Assembly: GCF_001194135.2 (NCBI RefSeq)
Contig: NC_069004.1
Span: 12,501,586 to 12,565,585 of the forward strand
Source: Octopus bimaculoides
Taxonomy: Eukaryota
DNA: 64,000 nucleotides
Reading direction: 5' to 3'
In this document: piece after piece, positions 48,954 through 62,017 of the stretch
Layout of the letters: the number at the start of each line of letters is the position of its first letter
Position numbering within the stretch: the stretch's first letter is position 1
Notes under the pieces: generated by a model
Told to the model about the DNA's origin: nothing
Databases searched by the model: none
Seen by the model: only the letters and a program-made list of their open reading frames with translations
Made by a program: the position numbers and the translations under genes

Positions 48954-49799
48954 NNNNNNNNNNNNNNNNNNNNNNNNNNNNNNNNNNNNNNNNNNNNNNN
49001 NNNNNNNNNNNNNNNNNNNNNNNNNNNNNNNNNNNNNNNNNNNNNNNNNNNNNNNNNNNNNNNNNNNNNNNNNNNNNNNNNNNNNNNNNNNNNNNNNNNN
49101 NNNNNNNNNNNNNNNNNNNNNNNNNNNNNNNNNNNNNNNNNNNNNNNNNNNNNNNNNNNNNNNNNNNNNNNNNNNNNNNNNNNNNNNNNNNNNNNNNNNN
49201 NNNNNNNNNNNNNNNNNNNNNNNNNNNNNNNNNNNNNNNNNNNNNNNNNNNNNNNNNNNNNNNNNNNNNNNNNNNNNNNNNNNNNNNNNNATGTAGCAGA
49301 AATAGGTTTGCTATACTTTTCAACATAACAAAAGGTTCTTTAATTTCAATAGTCCAAAACAGGTACTTCTCAAACAATTAACTGTATAAAAGAAATGGAA
49401 ATTCAAGGAACAAGATGATAAATTTTCCATATATTTTGGTGAGAAATTTATTTCAAATTTGGACATCTGCATATTTTTGATCGATCACTTCTCCAAACTG
49501 ACCCTAATTTTTTTATTATTCTCAAATGATGCTCAATTTGCTCGACTAAAGACGGTGCTCCAGCATGGCCGCAGTCAAATGACTGAAACAAGCAAAAGAA
49601 TTACTTATTAATTTAATCACAGATCTTAGTGGAAAACTTTTGTTATACTCCTGCTTGATATTTGGTGGCAGCACACCCAATACAAGCACCACCATACGCC
49701 ACTGAAAGTCAGCCTTGGAACTTGAACCATGAAGACAGACGAAATGGCGCTAAGCATTTTGTCTGAAGTGCTAAAGCTTCTGCCTGCTCCATGCCTTAA

Positions 49800-50120
49800 C
49801 TTATGGGATTATTGTCAAGAGTTGATTGCTTGGTTTGTAGATCTTTAAAGAGCATATGACCCTGTGTTGTGGAGGGTTTTGCAGCAGTCTGGAATTAATG
49901 GGCAATTTCTGCATGCTGTGAAAGTCCCTATACAAGCCTTTCAACTCACCTTTTCATAACTCTTATGCACTGGATTGACATGCACAGCCGTTATAGAAGT
50001 GATACCACAATCGATGGGTGCAGGATTGATCAGCTGATATTCGCAGATGACATGGTGTTACTTGGCTCATCAGAAGGGAATCTCCAGCATGCACTGGACG
50101 GAGTCACTGCCAAGAGCTGC
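49800..50120 (+). mobile_element. LINE RT fragment
   Basis: IDGCRIDQLIFADDMVLLGSSEGNLQHALD. Confidence 0.75.
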
Positions 50121-50174
<54 letters not shown>

Positions 50175-50329
50175 ATGCGTACATCCATAGAATACAGTCA
50201 GAAATCTTGTAATGTGCTACAAACTGTAATTTCTTTGGATGTGCATATTTTAAGCATCATGGGCATTCTTATGTGCTTTTTACATGACACCAGCACAGGA
50301 CTCTTGAAGACTAATCCTCTTCACCAGAG

Positions 50330-50760
50330 GTAGTCACCTTAACACTTCTTGAGTACAACAAAGTTCCAGGCATCTCAGCCCTTTATCATCTCGTCTGAAA
50401 GGTTCAGCATCCAGAGGTTGTCCTTCAGTACTTAATTCCATAACTTCCTGGATCTCCCACTTCCATGCGTTCCATCTACTTTCAGAGATCAGTACTTCTT
50501 TATGGAGCTGTCAGCATCCATCTGCATCACATAACCAAACCAGCACAGTCTTCTCTCTTGCACACTGCATCTAATTCCTCTTATGCCTAACTTCTCTCTA
50601 AGTACACTGGCATGCCGTGAAACATGTACACTTACATTACACAGCCAGTGGAGCATACTAGCCTCATTTCTCTCTAGCCTTTGCATATATGTATGTAAAA
50701 AGGTAAAGGGTGAAGATCCCATTCGGTCATGGACGACCATGGGATTGCTCCTAGAAAGTT
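50330..50760 (-). mobile_element. RTE-type LINE C-terminal fragment
   Basis: RLERNEASMLHWLCNVSV...LREKLGIRGIRCSVQERRLCWFGYVMQM. Confidence 0.8.
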
Positions 50761-51099
50761 ATGCTCCAGGGCACAAGTCCAGGCAAGGTTGTTTGTGGAA
50801 GGCCAGCAGTCACCCATGCATACCAGCCTTCCCTCTCCACACCACTGATGTTATCCAAGGGAAAGACGAAGGCTGATCCAGCTTGGCACCAGTGACGTGA
50901 CAACTCATTTTGCTCAAGAAAACACCAAGCAGCCTAGTCTGGGAACTGAACTCACTACCTCATGATTGTGAGCCTGAATATAGATCCCACATTATTAGAT
51001 TCATTCAAAATCAGTTGTTTTCTTACTGACTGTTGGCAGCATAGATCTGTGCAGACCCCCAACAAATGGTGGCCATTTTTGTGATTGGGCAACATTTTC

Positions 51100-52720
51100 A
51101 CCGTCACAAATTATTAAGCAAGTATAATAAAAATGATAATTGTGTCAGAACAAACATTTATTTAATTCAACAGTAAAGGTTTAATAAAAATATTATTCAT
51201 AAAGGACTTAATATAATAATACGTTCGAATGAAAATAATCATGGCATTATGATGTCATACAGTTCCTAATGTTTGATGTATGATCCTCCACATGCAACAA
51301 CCTTCCTTGCACGCTGAGCCATTGAATTTGTCAAGGTGATGATATCCTCGTGTCATGCTTTGAGCAGCATCTACAATAGCATCCCAGAGGGCAACTTTAC
51401 TTGAAAACTGCTGTCCATCTTGATAAACCTGCCTCTTCAGGACACTCCGCAGGTTCTCGATCAGGTTTAAGTCAGGAGAACAAGGTGGCCACTCCATCAA
51501 AACGACCTGCAGAGAAGCTTATTTGGTGCAGGTATTCCTTAGAATTCTTCACTGAATGAGAATGGGGCATTATCTTGCATGAAGACCAGCTTTCTCATGA
51601 ATGAAAGATTTTGCTTTTTGAACCACGGTTGGAAATTGTCCTTTAAGAAAGTAATATATGTTTTCGATGTCTTCTTAATGCCATCTGAGACTTTCCATGG
51701 TCCGACCATCATACCACCAACGATGCCAGCCCAAAACTTAACCTCACCTCTCACCTCTTGGTGTCTCAATGAGGATGGTTCCTGCTGACTGATACCCAAC
51801 CTTTACTCCAGCCATCTGGTCCGTCAAGGATGGCAAGGCATTGGTCAGTGAACAGAGCTGTTGAAAAATCTATTTTCATGTAGTCTTTTGCCTATTTCAG
51901 TCTCTTCTGCTTATGAACATCCTTCAGAGGGGGCCTTATAACAGGTTTAACATTCCTGGTTACCTGCTCCAAGAAGCAACACCTGGTAGTTTCCGATATA
52001 TCTTCCCTGCCACACCATTTGAAGACTTCTTTAGTTGTCAGACATGGGTTCTGCACAACTCCCCTTTCCACATGTGACAAAGTATGATTTGAAGCAACCC
52101 TTGACTTACCCTTATCAGCCCTCAACCAGACAGAAATAGGAGACTTCACAAATTTCCTCACTGTTCGGGGATCTCTTCACAGTATTTTTGATATTTCTAT
52201 GGTTGTTTTTCCTTTTCCAAGCTCTGATACAATGGTAGACTTCTCATTCGAGGTAAGATCACATTTCTGATCCATTGTTCTTGGCACTCCGTCGCTTACG
52301 ACGTCGAGGGTTCCAGTTGATCTGATCAACGGAACAGCCTGCTCGTGAAATTAACGTGCAAGTGGCTGAGCACTCCACAGACACATGTACCCTTAACGTA
52401 GTTCTCGGGGATATTCAGCGTGACACAGTGTGACAAGGCTGACCCTTTGAATTACAGGCACAACAGAAACAGGAGGTAAGAGTGAGAGATAGTTGTGGTG
52501 AAAGAGTACAGCAGGGTTCGCCACCATCCCCTGCCGGAGCCTCGTGGAGCTTTAGGTGTTTTCGCTCAATAAACACTCACAACGCCCGGTCTGGGAATCG
52601 AAACTGCGATCCTATGACCGCGAGTCTGCTGCCATAACCACTGGGCCATTGTGCCTCCACTCTGATCTATAATGACACTTAAATAGGACACCTGCCTAAT
52701 AATTTGGGACAGCAGAAATG
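51100..52720 (-). mobile_element. Tc1-like DD(34)E transposon, decayed near-full transposase, SINE inserted at its start codon
   Basis: ATG 52275 MDQKCDLTSNEKSTIV...LFTDQC..LDGPDGW...VKFWAGI...VFMQDNAP...MEWPPCSPDLNLIENL; stops and frameshifts. SINE 52279-52660 is flanked by tctgatc(c/t)at. Confidence 0.88.
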
Positions 52721-53621
52721 TTGTTGCTATACGATAATGGCTGTCGTTTGTTTTTGTCTGTACAGATCTGATTTATTTTAACAGAATGTACACAGATAGG
52801 TGTTGCTTTCAAAAGCAGAAGCACACTCTAAGATACAGAGCAGTATATTTTTAAAATGAGGATGTTTATGGGATTATCTTAGGTATCACATCCATAAATC
52901 ATTTAGCTTTATGGCATCTCATCAGATCCCAAAACCTATTGGCCCTTTATGGACATGAACCCTAAAGTAATTGCATAAACCGGCCTTCCCCATTTTTAAT
53001 ATATATCATCATCATCATCATCGTTTAACGTCCGCTTTCCATGCTAGCATGGGTTGGACGATTTGACTGAGGACTGGTGAAACCGGATGGCAACACCAGG
53101 CTCCAGTCTAATTTGGCAGAGTTTCTACAGCTGGATGCCCTTCCTAACGCCAACCACTCAGAGAGTGTAGTGGGTGCTTTTATGTGTCACCCGCACGAAA
53201 ACAGCCACGCTCGAAATGGTGTCTTTTATGTGCCNNNNNNNNNNNNNNNNNNNNNNNNNNNNNNNNNNNNNNNNNNNNNNNNNNNNNNNNNNNNNNNNNN
53301 NNNNNNNNNNNNNNNNNNNNNNNNNNNNNNNNNNNNNNNNNNNNNNNNNNNNNNNNNNNNNNNNTGGGCCTACCTCTTCCAGCAGGACAGAATTTTGTCA
53401 GTGAACAGGTCGTGGTCTCAAAGCGCCGAAATTATTTTGGCAAATTAAATTTAGATGTTGAAGTGAATCTAACGGGTTTTATGTGTTTCTTAAATGGCTT
53501 ATAAACACCTTCCATGCTGCAATTGTTTTCATTCCAGTACACGATCTCAGATCAGGTCGCTTGCTATGCAAGTACATCTCCATAATATATATATATATAT
53601 ATATATATTGATTCTAGAACG

Positions 53622-53691
53622 GCTGTGCTGACGAGAACACGGATGTCATTACGTAAGTAAAATGTTAATGTTCGAAGCTGCAGTACACAGC
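53622..53691 (+). ncRNA. Type-I hammerhead ribozyme motif with long stem II (A15.1 mutated to G)
   Basis: GCUGUG-CUGACGA-GAACA..29 nt..UGUUC-GAAG-CUGCAG-UA^CACAGC; 6-bp stem I, 5-bp stem II base, palindromic CUGCAG. Confidence 0.7.
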
Positions 53692-54359
53692 TAATTCTTT
53701 ACTTTATATTTCTCATTTTGTCCTGTTATGGTGTTTTGCGAAATTTTTCTTTGTGGTTGGGTCGTTGGTAACCTCTTTCTAGCATATTAGATGTCCACCT
53801 AGTGGTCATCCCTTATACACGTGTAATATATATATATAGTAAGAAGTAAAAAAGATTAGCAAATCCAGGTATACATCTAGAAAGCCCTCAGTGTTAAAAG
53901 AATTTGGTTGACTATATGAAACAATCAGATACCAATAAATTCAAGTGGAATTGACATCCAAGATCGTTTTCAAATTTTGGCACAAGGCCAGCAATTTCGT
54001 GGGTGGGGATATATCGATTACATAGATCCCACTACTCAATTGGTACTTATTTCATCGACACCGAAACCCTCGGTGGGATTCGAACTTGGGACGTGAAGAC
54101 GGACGAAGTCCCGCTAAGCATTTTTGCCCGGCGTGCATATGATTCTGTCAGCTCGCCGCACTTTTTTTTTAAAGTGGCCTGCAAAAGATGCTACGGTGAA
54201 TTGAACTCTGTACCTCTTAAATTCCAGCTGAGCGCTCTGTACTACTGAGCTAAACGATCACTGACAGTAAATTTACATATCGCTTAGAAAGAATTGCTAG
54301 GAATTCGGAGCACACACATACGCACGCAGTGTAGAGAGCGGAAGAGAGACGAAAGTAAG

Positions 54360-54418
54360 ATGGCTTGTAGCAGCACCAGAAGAAGATATCGGGGTGTACC
54401 TTCAAGTTTATTGTCTAG
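54360..54418 (+). CDS. AMN1: AMN1-like exon 1
   Basis: MACSSTRRRYRGVPSSLLS(S); phase-2 donor AG|gttcgt matches the next exon. Confidence 0.6.
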
Positions 54419-57400
54419 GTTCGTTCAGCAAAATATTTTTTTACGTTATTATCTTTTAATGTTTGTTATTGCAAGGAATATTGTGTTTTGTATCATGACA
54501 CTACATGCACGTGTGTATATATATTTGGATACGTATATTTAACTGTAACCATGTCCCAGTGTACGACTGTAATACATATGACATCTCCCTTCAGGAGCCG
54601 TCGTAGCGGCATTTTAGGCCCCTCCCCGGGTAAAACAATGCATTGGGCCCTATAATATTTATTTCTTGATAGTAAGTCACAACGTATATAGAACGTAATT
54701 GACCCCTAGACTCGTAAACCTCTCAAGAAACTACTCTGTGTACTCATACATTAAGACGGTAATGGCCACCCCATATCTAGTGAATGGGGAATAAAGTCTT
54801 GGTCAGTTAGGGGTCTGGACCTTTATCTTTTTGTCTCTAAAACAGGACAAGCGTCCGAAGCTTTTAAAACTTCTGTTCTTACTTCACGAATAAAACCATT
54901 TCCCACTGAAATCAGTTGAAACGGTGACCATCCCGTATAAAAAGATATTTTTGTTTATCTGTGACCAACTTCTTCTGGGTACACTAGTCTCTTTACTAAT
55001 TTGAGGGTAGATATAGCTGTTATTTCTAGTAGTTTGAACTCACTTCTTGACTGATGAAGAATTGTGATAAATCTGTTGACATTACCTATTTTAACGTAAA
55101 ATTATAGTAAATTATTTATGTCTTACTATTAATACTAATATTTGGGAATATATTTGTTATGATATAAAATTGGGATACTAAAATTATTTAATATTTGGGT
55201 TTCTATTTGCGACACCATCTTTGTTTACATGTTTCTATCTTGAAAGTACTTCCGTTTCCGTTCACCACAAAATTATTTTTTGGCCGATTGATTTGACAGA
55301 ACAAGTGTAAAGACTTGAAGTTAACACCGGGTGACTTGAAATCGATTTCTAATTACCCATAGTAATTAGAAATTCGATTTCATCGTTTCCTTTCGATAAT
55401 CTAAATACGATTTCAAGTTACTGGAAGTTAGGCTGAATGAAGGAAATCGCTACACTAGTCTCTACAAGTTTCAACCCTTTATATTCTAAGTTCAAATCCT
55501 ACCCACAGCTACTTTCTTTCATCCTTCTGTGGATCGATAAAAGAAAGATCTAGAATTTAAGATCTTTTCTGTATGGCTCCACTTTTCGAAATTTTAGAAT
55601 TAAGTGAACATTTTCAAATTTAGTATATACATATAATATACAAGTAATGTATATTACAATGTTACAGAAAGAGAAAAAATTAGAAAAATGTTATAGAGAT
55701 TTAAAGTTTGATAATTTTAACCCAGTCAGAAAAAAGAATTTAGAAGCTGGCAATTACCCAAAATTTTAAAAGCTATAACATTCTATTTATTAATTTAAGG
55801 ACAAAATGAATTTCATTTCCATAATTAGCATACAAAACTGAAGGAATTGAAAATTGAAAGCCAAACAGAAAAGATCCAGAATTTATTCTGATCGACCATT
55901 CTTAACCCATAAAGCGCCGGGGTTTGCACTTACATAGCATGGACTGCTGAGCACATTTTATGAAAATGAGACTACCATGCACACATAAAAAACAAAAAAT
56001 AGTTAAAATATCTTCTTAGTATATAATGGTGGCAAGTTTTACATCATTTGAAAAGTCATTAGTATAACTTATTAGTCCTCTTATATTCTTGCGGGTATCG
56101 GAACGTTTGAGTGACATTAGACCCCAACAAACGCCCAAATGCATCTATCTGGACCACGGTCGTAGCCTGTGGACCTGTTCCTGACGGCCACGTCCGTGGC
56201 CCGTCGCGCTTTGTGTTAAATGACAAATTAGTAATCGTCAGAACGAGACGGCCCCATACATCCGTCTTCGGGTCTCAGCCTGTGGACATCACTGCACACC
56301 TAGGTAACAGTGATTGATGCGTGGGAAGCAAAGTAACAGTCTGGACATATTGTACCTTCTCTCCATTGGTCTGTTCTTGCATTCTAGTAGATTCTGGTTG
56401 TGGTAGTCCTATTTGAGACGGTATAAAATTTTCCCTTTCAAAATTTGACAAAAGGCCAGCAATTTGAGGATGGAGATGCTAGTCGATTACATCGATACCA
56501 TCATTTGACGTGCACTTTATTTTATCAACTACGTAAAGAAGAAAAGCAAAATCAACCTCCACACCATTTGAATTCAGAAAGTTAACAGTCGGAAGTATTG
56601 CGACTAAGCATTTTGTTTGACGTACAAACGATGCTGTAGGTCACCCACCCACCTTAGGAGACAGCATAATATACCAGACGGACCCAGAGCACGACAATTG
56701 CTGTTTCTTGGCATTTATTGTTTTACTCTCTATTGACCGAATTCAAATTCGAGGTTGATTTAATATTCTTATAAAGAATTTTAGATGCGAATAGAATTTT
56801 AATAAAAAACTAAGACTTATGTTCCCCCCCCCCCCAGAAACAGTTTTAAAAAGATGATTTCATCATAGCCATCCTGTCTTTGTTTGAGGCTGCGTTATTC
56901 AATGTGTATCTATGACTTCCTTGTCCGTTATATTATTCCCATTTTTAAGGCAGTTGGGTTTGATTTAAAGGAGATTTAGCAAGTGTTTTTTACTGCTTGC
57001 ATGACTTCGTTGTATTCCCCAGTCCGATACGAACTACAAGATATTTAAGGGAAGTAACCTCGCTCGTCCTACAAACTTGGACAATCATAGACAGAAAGAG
57101 CAACTGAATGAGACCCAATTGTGCTGTGTAATCGTTTGTATTGCAACATATGTTCTTTATAGTTTGGTTGGGAACAAATTGGTGAGCACAGTTCATGGTG
57201 GACACTATATGTTTTGTACACATTTACCTTTCAGTTGTTTATTCCCACGTCAACCCTGCGTTTCAACCGTGACCATACCATCTTTTTAAAGGTATTAGAC
57301 TACTGGGTTGTTTACTGTTATCAGACGTATGTTAAATTTAAGGAAGATACAGCCAGAAACCCAGCTACACCACAAGTAACACTACATTATCCAATACAAA

Positions 57401-60400
57401 CTTTATTTGGTTATCGGATCTATTTTAAAACGGGGGCGCCAGTTTTCATTTATGTTTTATGTAGTATTTTTGGTACCGAAAGACTTTCAAACTTCGTATA
57501 CTTATCTATTTTGTGTTATAGAACAGAAAAATATTTTTGTATTCGAATTTATTTCATGTAAAAAATTGTCTTATTTCGATAATTTCTACTAATCACTGAC
57601 GTCTATTCAGTTGAAAACAGTTAGCGCTGTAACGGTGTATATCGTATTAATCCCCTAACCCTAACTAGACTGTTAACCCTAACCCTAACCCTAACTCTAG
57701 AATNNNNNNNNNNTATGCGTATAAATTACGATTAAACCGGATGAAATATGTCACAGGGAATAACATTTTTATGACCGCCCAGCAGTAACTCTATTGAGCT
57801 GAATAGACGTCAGTGATTGGTTGAAATTACAGAAATACGACAACTTTAACATGGAATAACTTGCGAATTCCTTTTTTTTTTTGTTAAGAAGACTAAGAGT
57901 AAAAGATGTTTTATATGACACATTCTACCAGTGTCCCAAGTTTCAAAGTGTTTCGTTAGTGTTTCGTTAAGAAAATACTGGCGCCCCCGTTTTAAAATAG
58001 ATCCTGGTTATCATTTTTGCTATGGTGAACAAAATGGTCTTCTTAAATTCATTTATTAAACAAGCGGAAACGCAACCATTTACTCGGTGAAATAATTACA
58101 CAGTATTTGGTCGTGTTAGCATTTTATGTCGTCCAAAGCATGACAAAATGGAAAGTGGACATAGAATAATGATACTTATATATTTATATGTTTGTTTCTA
58201 TGCATAGTGCTCTTCCTTGCCGTCATGTTTTGCAAACGAACCTTATTGGACCGAATAGTGACTAGTGACGAGAAATGGGTTCTCTATAAAAATATCAAGT
58301 GCCAAAGAGAAAGGAGAAACACCAGCACCCCAGGTTAAAGAAGATCTTCACCCACATAAGATGATGTTATCTGTTTGGTGGGATATGAAAGGTTTAGTCC
58401 ATTTTGAACTTTTAAACCCAAACCAAACAATAACAAGGGAGTTCCACTGCAAGCAGCTTGAGTGGCTTAAGTCAGCGCTAGAAGAAAATTGACCATCTTT
58501 GGTTTCAAGACGAAAGATGTTCTTCCATCAGGATAATTGCTTGGCCACATACAGTGAGGATGACATTCCAAAGGCTGGAGCAGTTTGAATGGGAAGCGAT
58601 GACCCACCCATCATATTCGCTCCATCTGGTTATCATTTATTATGCAGTCTTCAAAATCATTTGGACGGAAAAAATATGAATTCTGTAGACGAGGTCAGAA
58701 GAGTACTGGAGGAGTATTTTTCGCCACACACGAGTGAATTTTGGAAGAGGGGCCTTGCAAGTCTACCAATAGATGGGGAAGGGTATTGTAGAAAATGAAG
58801 GAAAGTATATTTTAGATTAAAAAAGAACTTTGTTTATCTTAATTTTGAAAAATACAAGTAGTATAAAAAAAAAACCATTATTTATTGGATGACCCAATAT
58901 ATTGAATGTTATATATGCATTTTGGTTTTATTGTTTTGGCCTGTACAATAAAAAAAAACTCTTTTCCTCTACTACTCTACTAGTTCTATGCAGATATTCT
59001 TAACCAACTTAGAAAATGATGGCAGATCTCTACAGTTGTTACCAGTTGACTTACGTGAAAAATGTCTGAACTATATGTCTTTGAGAGGTTTGCTCTCAGA
59101 TCAGAACTTGAAGAATGTAAGTTGATGTTTGTTTAATGTTTTCTTTTTTTTTGTGTGTTTATTATTTAATTCTCTCTCATCTTTTACATTTTTTGTAATC
59201 ATTTACCAAATTTACCCATCTGTACTCTGAATGATTTTACATATTTCTCCAATTTGAGTCAATAAGTACACCTTTATGCAGTTGCTTGATCTGCTGGAAA
59301 TGGCAGCCAACTCTCCCTCAGATCACACCCCATAGCTTCTTTTTATAAGAGCACTACATTAAATAATGTAGTGTTAAATAAATTAATTAAAAAACTTGGG
59401 TGTGAGGAAGATATTGAAACTGGAGCAGTTTTGGTCATAGGTCTACTTGATCAAGTCTAACTGGGGCTAAATGACAATACCATAATTCTCTAATGAGTTT
59501 GGAGCAGTGATTTCGAACCAGATCACTGGGTATGTGGTCAGACATTACAATCAAACCACCATAGTTTTACATGATTGGTCTATTAACCAACCAATCAGCA
59601 TAAGGTGATGGCATAGACTGGGTTTTCTTGAACATTCTAGAATTTGACTTCCAGTCCCCTATAAAAATTGTTTGGTATGTAGTTTAGATAGCTAGCAGCC
59701 AACACAGACTGCCTAGGACAGAGGACTCAAGGACCTCTGTTACCAAAAAAATTTGCACACTTGATTTCAGATATATTAAGCTAACCTGGACATCAATGTT
59801 TTAAAACTTACCTATTTTCCATTACATTTCAGACTGATTCAGCGCTGAGTTGCTGAAGCAGAAATATCATTAGAGCAAATATTCTGCTCAGTACCACAGA
59901 TTTGCTTGTCAGTTGCTTGACCTTAACCGCTTGAGCATGTCCCTTAATGACTGACAATATATGCAACTCTGATCATGAGCTGGAGTAGTGAAGAATCAGC
60001 ATAACCATGTTGAGAAGGATTCTTTGGGGTTTGAATAAACGTAAGGAAAGCAAAGTTTGAAGGAAATATTAACCATTTTTCATACTTTGTAGGGGTAAGC
60101 AAATAGGAAATAACAGTTGATACCCAGGGACAAAAATCATGTTACACAGTGTAATCTGACTGCTAAAGAGTTGAATATATTTGTTCAGTGCAAACGATAT
60201 GGCTTTGGGGAAATAGGTGTTTTCATATTAAATAAAAATACTGCGTATTTTTACATATTCTAAACCATTGCAATTTCGCAATCAAAAGAAGGGCTTTTTC
60301 CATGAAATATAAATTTATTAAAATTTCATTATATGGAAATACCTGTCATTCAACTTGATCTGTTTCATCTCTTATCTTAGTACACAGAAAAGATTAAATA

Positions 60401-61149
60401 TTTAAAAGATTTTATTTCATTTTCCAAAATTTCCTATAATTTGAAGTTAGAAGCTTTTCCAGATAAACATATCAGATACATTTTATTTTTGTAAATATTC
60501 TTTATTTTCAGGTAATCCACAACAATCTCAAAAAACTAGATCTGTCCACATCTTCAGTTACAGAAGCTGGCTTAGTCAACTTAGATCATTGTTCTAAACT
60601 TCTAAATCTCAACCTTAATTCTTACCATCAAGAAATTCGGTTTTCATCACTATGTAAGTTTTTGAATGTCTGCTGTTTTAAATCCTATTGTAATTTTCTA
60701 GANNNNNNNNNNNNNNNNNNNNNNNNNNNNNNNNNNNNNNNNNNNNNNNNNNNNNNNNNNNNNNNNNNNNNNNNNNNNNNNNNNNNNNNNNNNNNNNNNN
60801 NNNNNNNNNNNNNNNNNNNNNNNNNNNNNNNNNNNNNNNNNNNNNNNNNNNNNNNNNNNNNNNNNNNNNNNNNNNNNNNNNNNNNNNNNNNNNNNNNNNN
60901 NNNNNNNNNNNNNNNNNNNNNNNNNNNNNNNNNNNNNNNNNNNNNNNNNNNNNNNNNNNNNNNNNNNNNNNNNNNNNNNNNNNNNNNNNNNNNNNNNNNN
61001 NNNNNNNNNNNNNNNNNNNNNNNNNNNNNNNNNNAAGCCTAGTACTTATTCTGTCGGTCTCTTTTTGCCGAACCACTAAGTTACGGGGACGTAAACACAC
61101 CAGCATCGGTTGTCAAGCGAAGATGGGGGGGGACAAACACAGACACACA

Positions 61150-61181
<32 letters not shown>

Positions 61182-61980
61182 CGACGGGCTTCTTTCAGTT
61201 TCCATCTACCAAATCCACTCACAAGGCTTTGGTCAGCCCGAGGCTATAGTAGAAGACACTTGCCCAAGGTGCCACGCAGTGGGGCTGATATTTCTTCTCT
61301 CCTTGTTTCTTTCCTTGTTCCTTTCTGTAGAAGAGCGTAGGCTCGAAACATTAAAGACTTTCTCAATTCCTGAACGTTATACTAATACATCTATTTATTT
61401 TCAACAACACCACCTGTCTTTATCTGTTGTTTTTTTTGTGAATTCTCCTTATATATATATATATATATATATATACATACCTACATACACACACATATAT
61501 ATGCAACTATAAACAAACTGTGTTAATCAATTAGGCATTAAAACCGAATGACTCTCCCTAGGCACAATAAAATATGCTTCAACACACAAATTTACTAAAG
61601 AATCTTGCAAACCAAATACAAAAACTTTTATTTGTTTTTAGAAGTATTGAAAGTGTATTATATTATATCCAATTCTTTCTGGTGTTTTCATGGCAATACT
61701 GCATTCAAAATATTACTGTCTTATCTGTATAATATGTTACACATTCAACACTTCTAAAAAAACAAATGTAGGTTTGTTTTAAATTTGATGGAGATTGTTG
61801 TCAGCAGGCAGTTTAGCTTAATGGTAAATTACTCAGCCAGTCTCTCAGAGATGTGGGTTCGAGTCCGGTAGCTGTTTGTTGACAACTTTTCTGGTCTTGC
61901 AAGGGTAATAACACCCAATTTTTCCTGCTGTTTTTATAGTGATACTGCATTCGAAATATTACTTTCTGGTCTATATAATA

Positions 61981-62017
<37 letters not shown>

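Noticed and set aside
57653-57695. Telomere or telomerase RNA template
   Set aside because: Short interstitial tract inside a TSD-flanked MITE; no TR pseudoknot or H/ACA context seen.
2691-61106. Long ORFs in the track spanning N runs (e.g. 2691-3314, 10678-11484, 27384-27959, 48792-49328, 60662-61042)
   Set aside because: Artefacts of assembly gaps.
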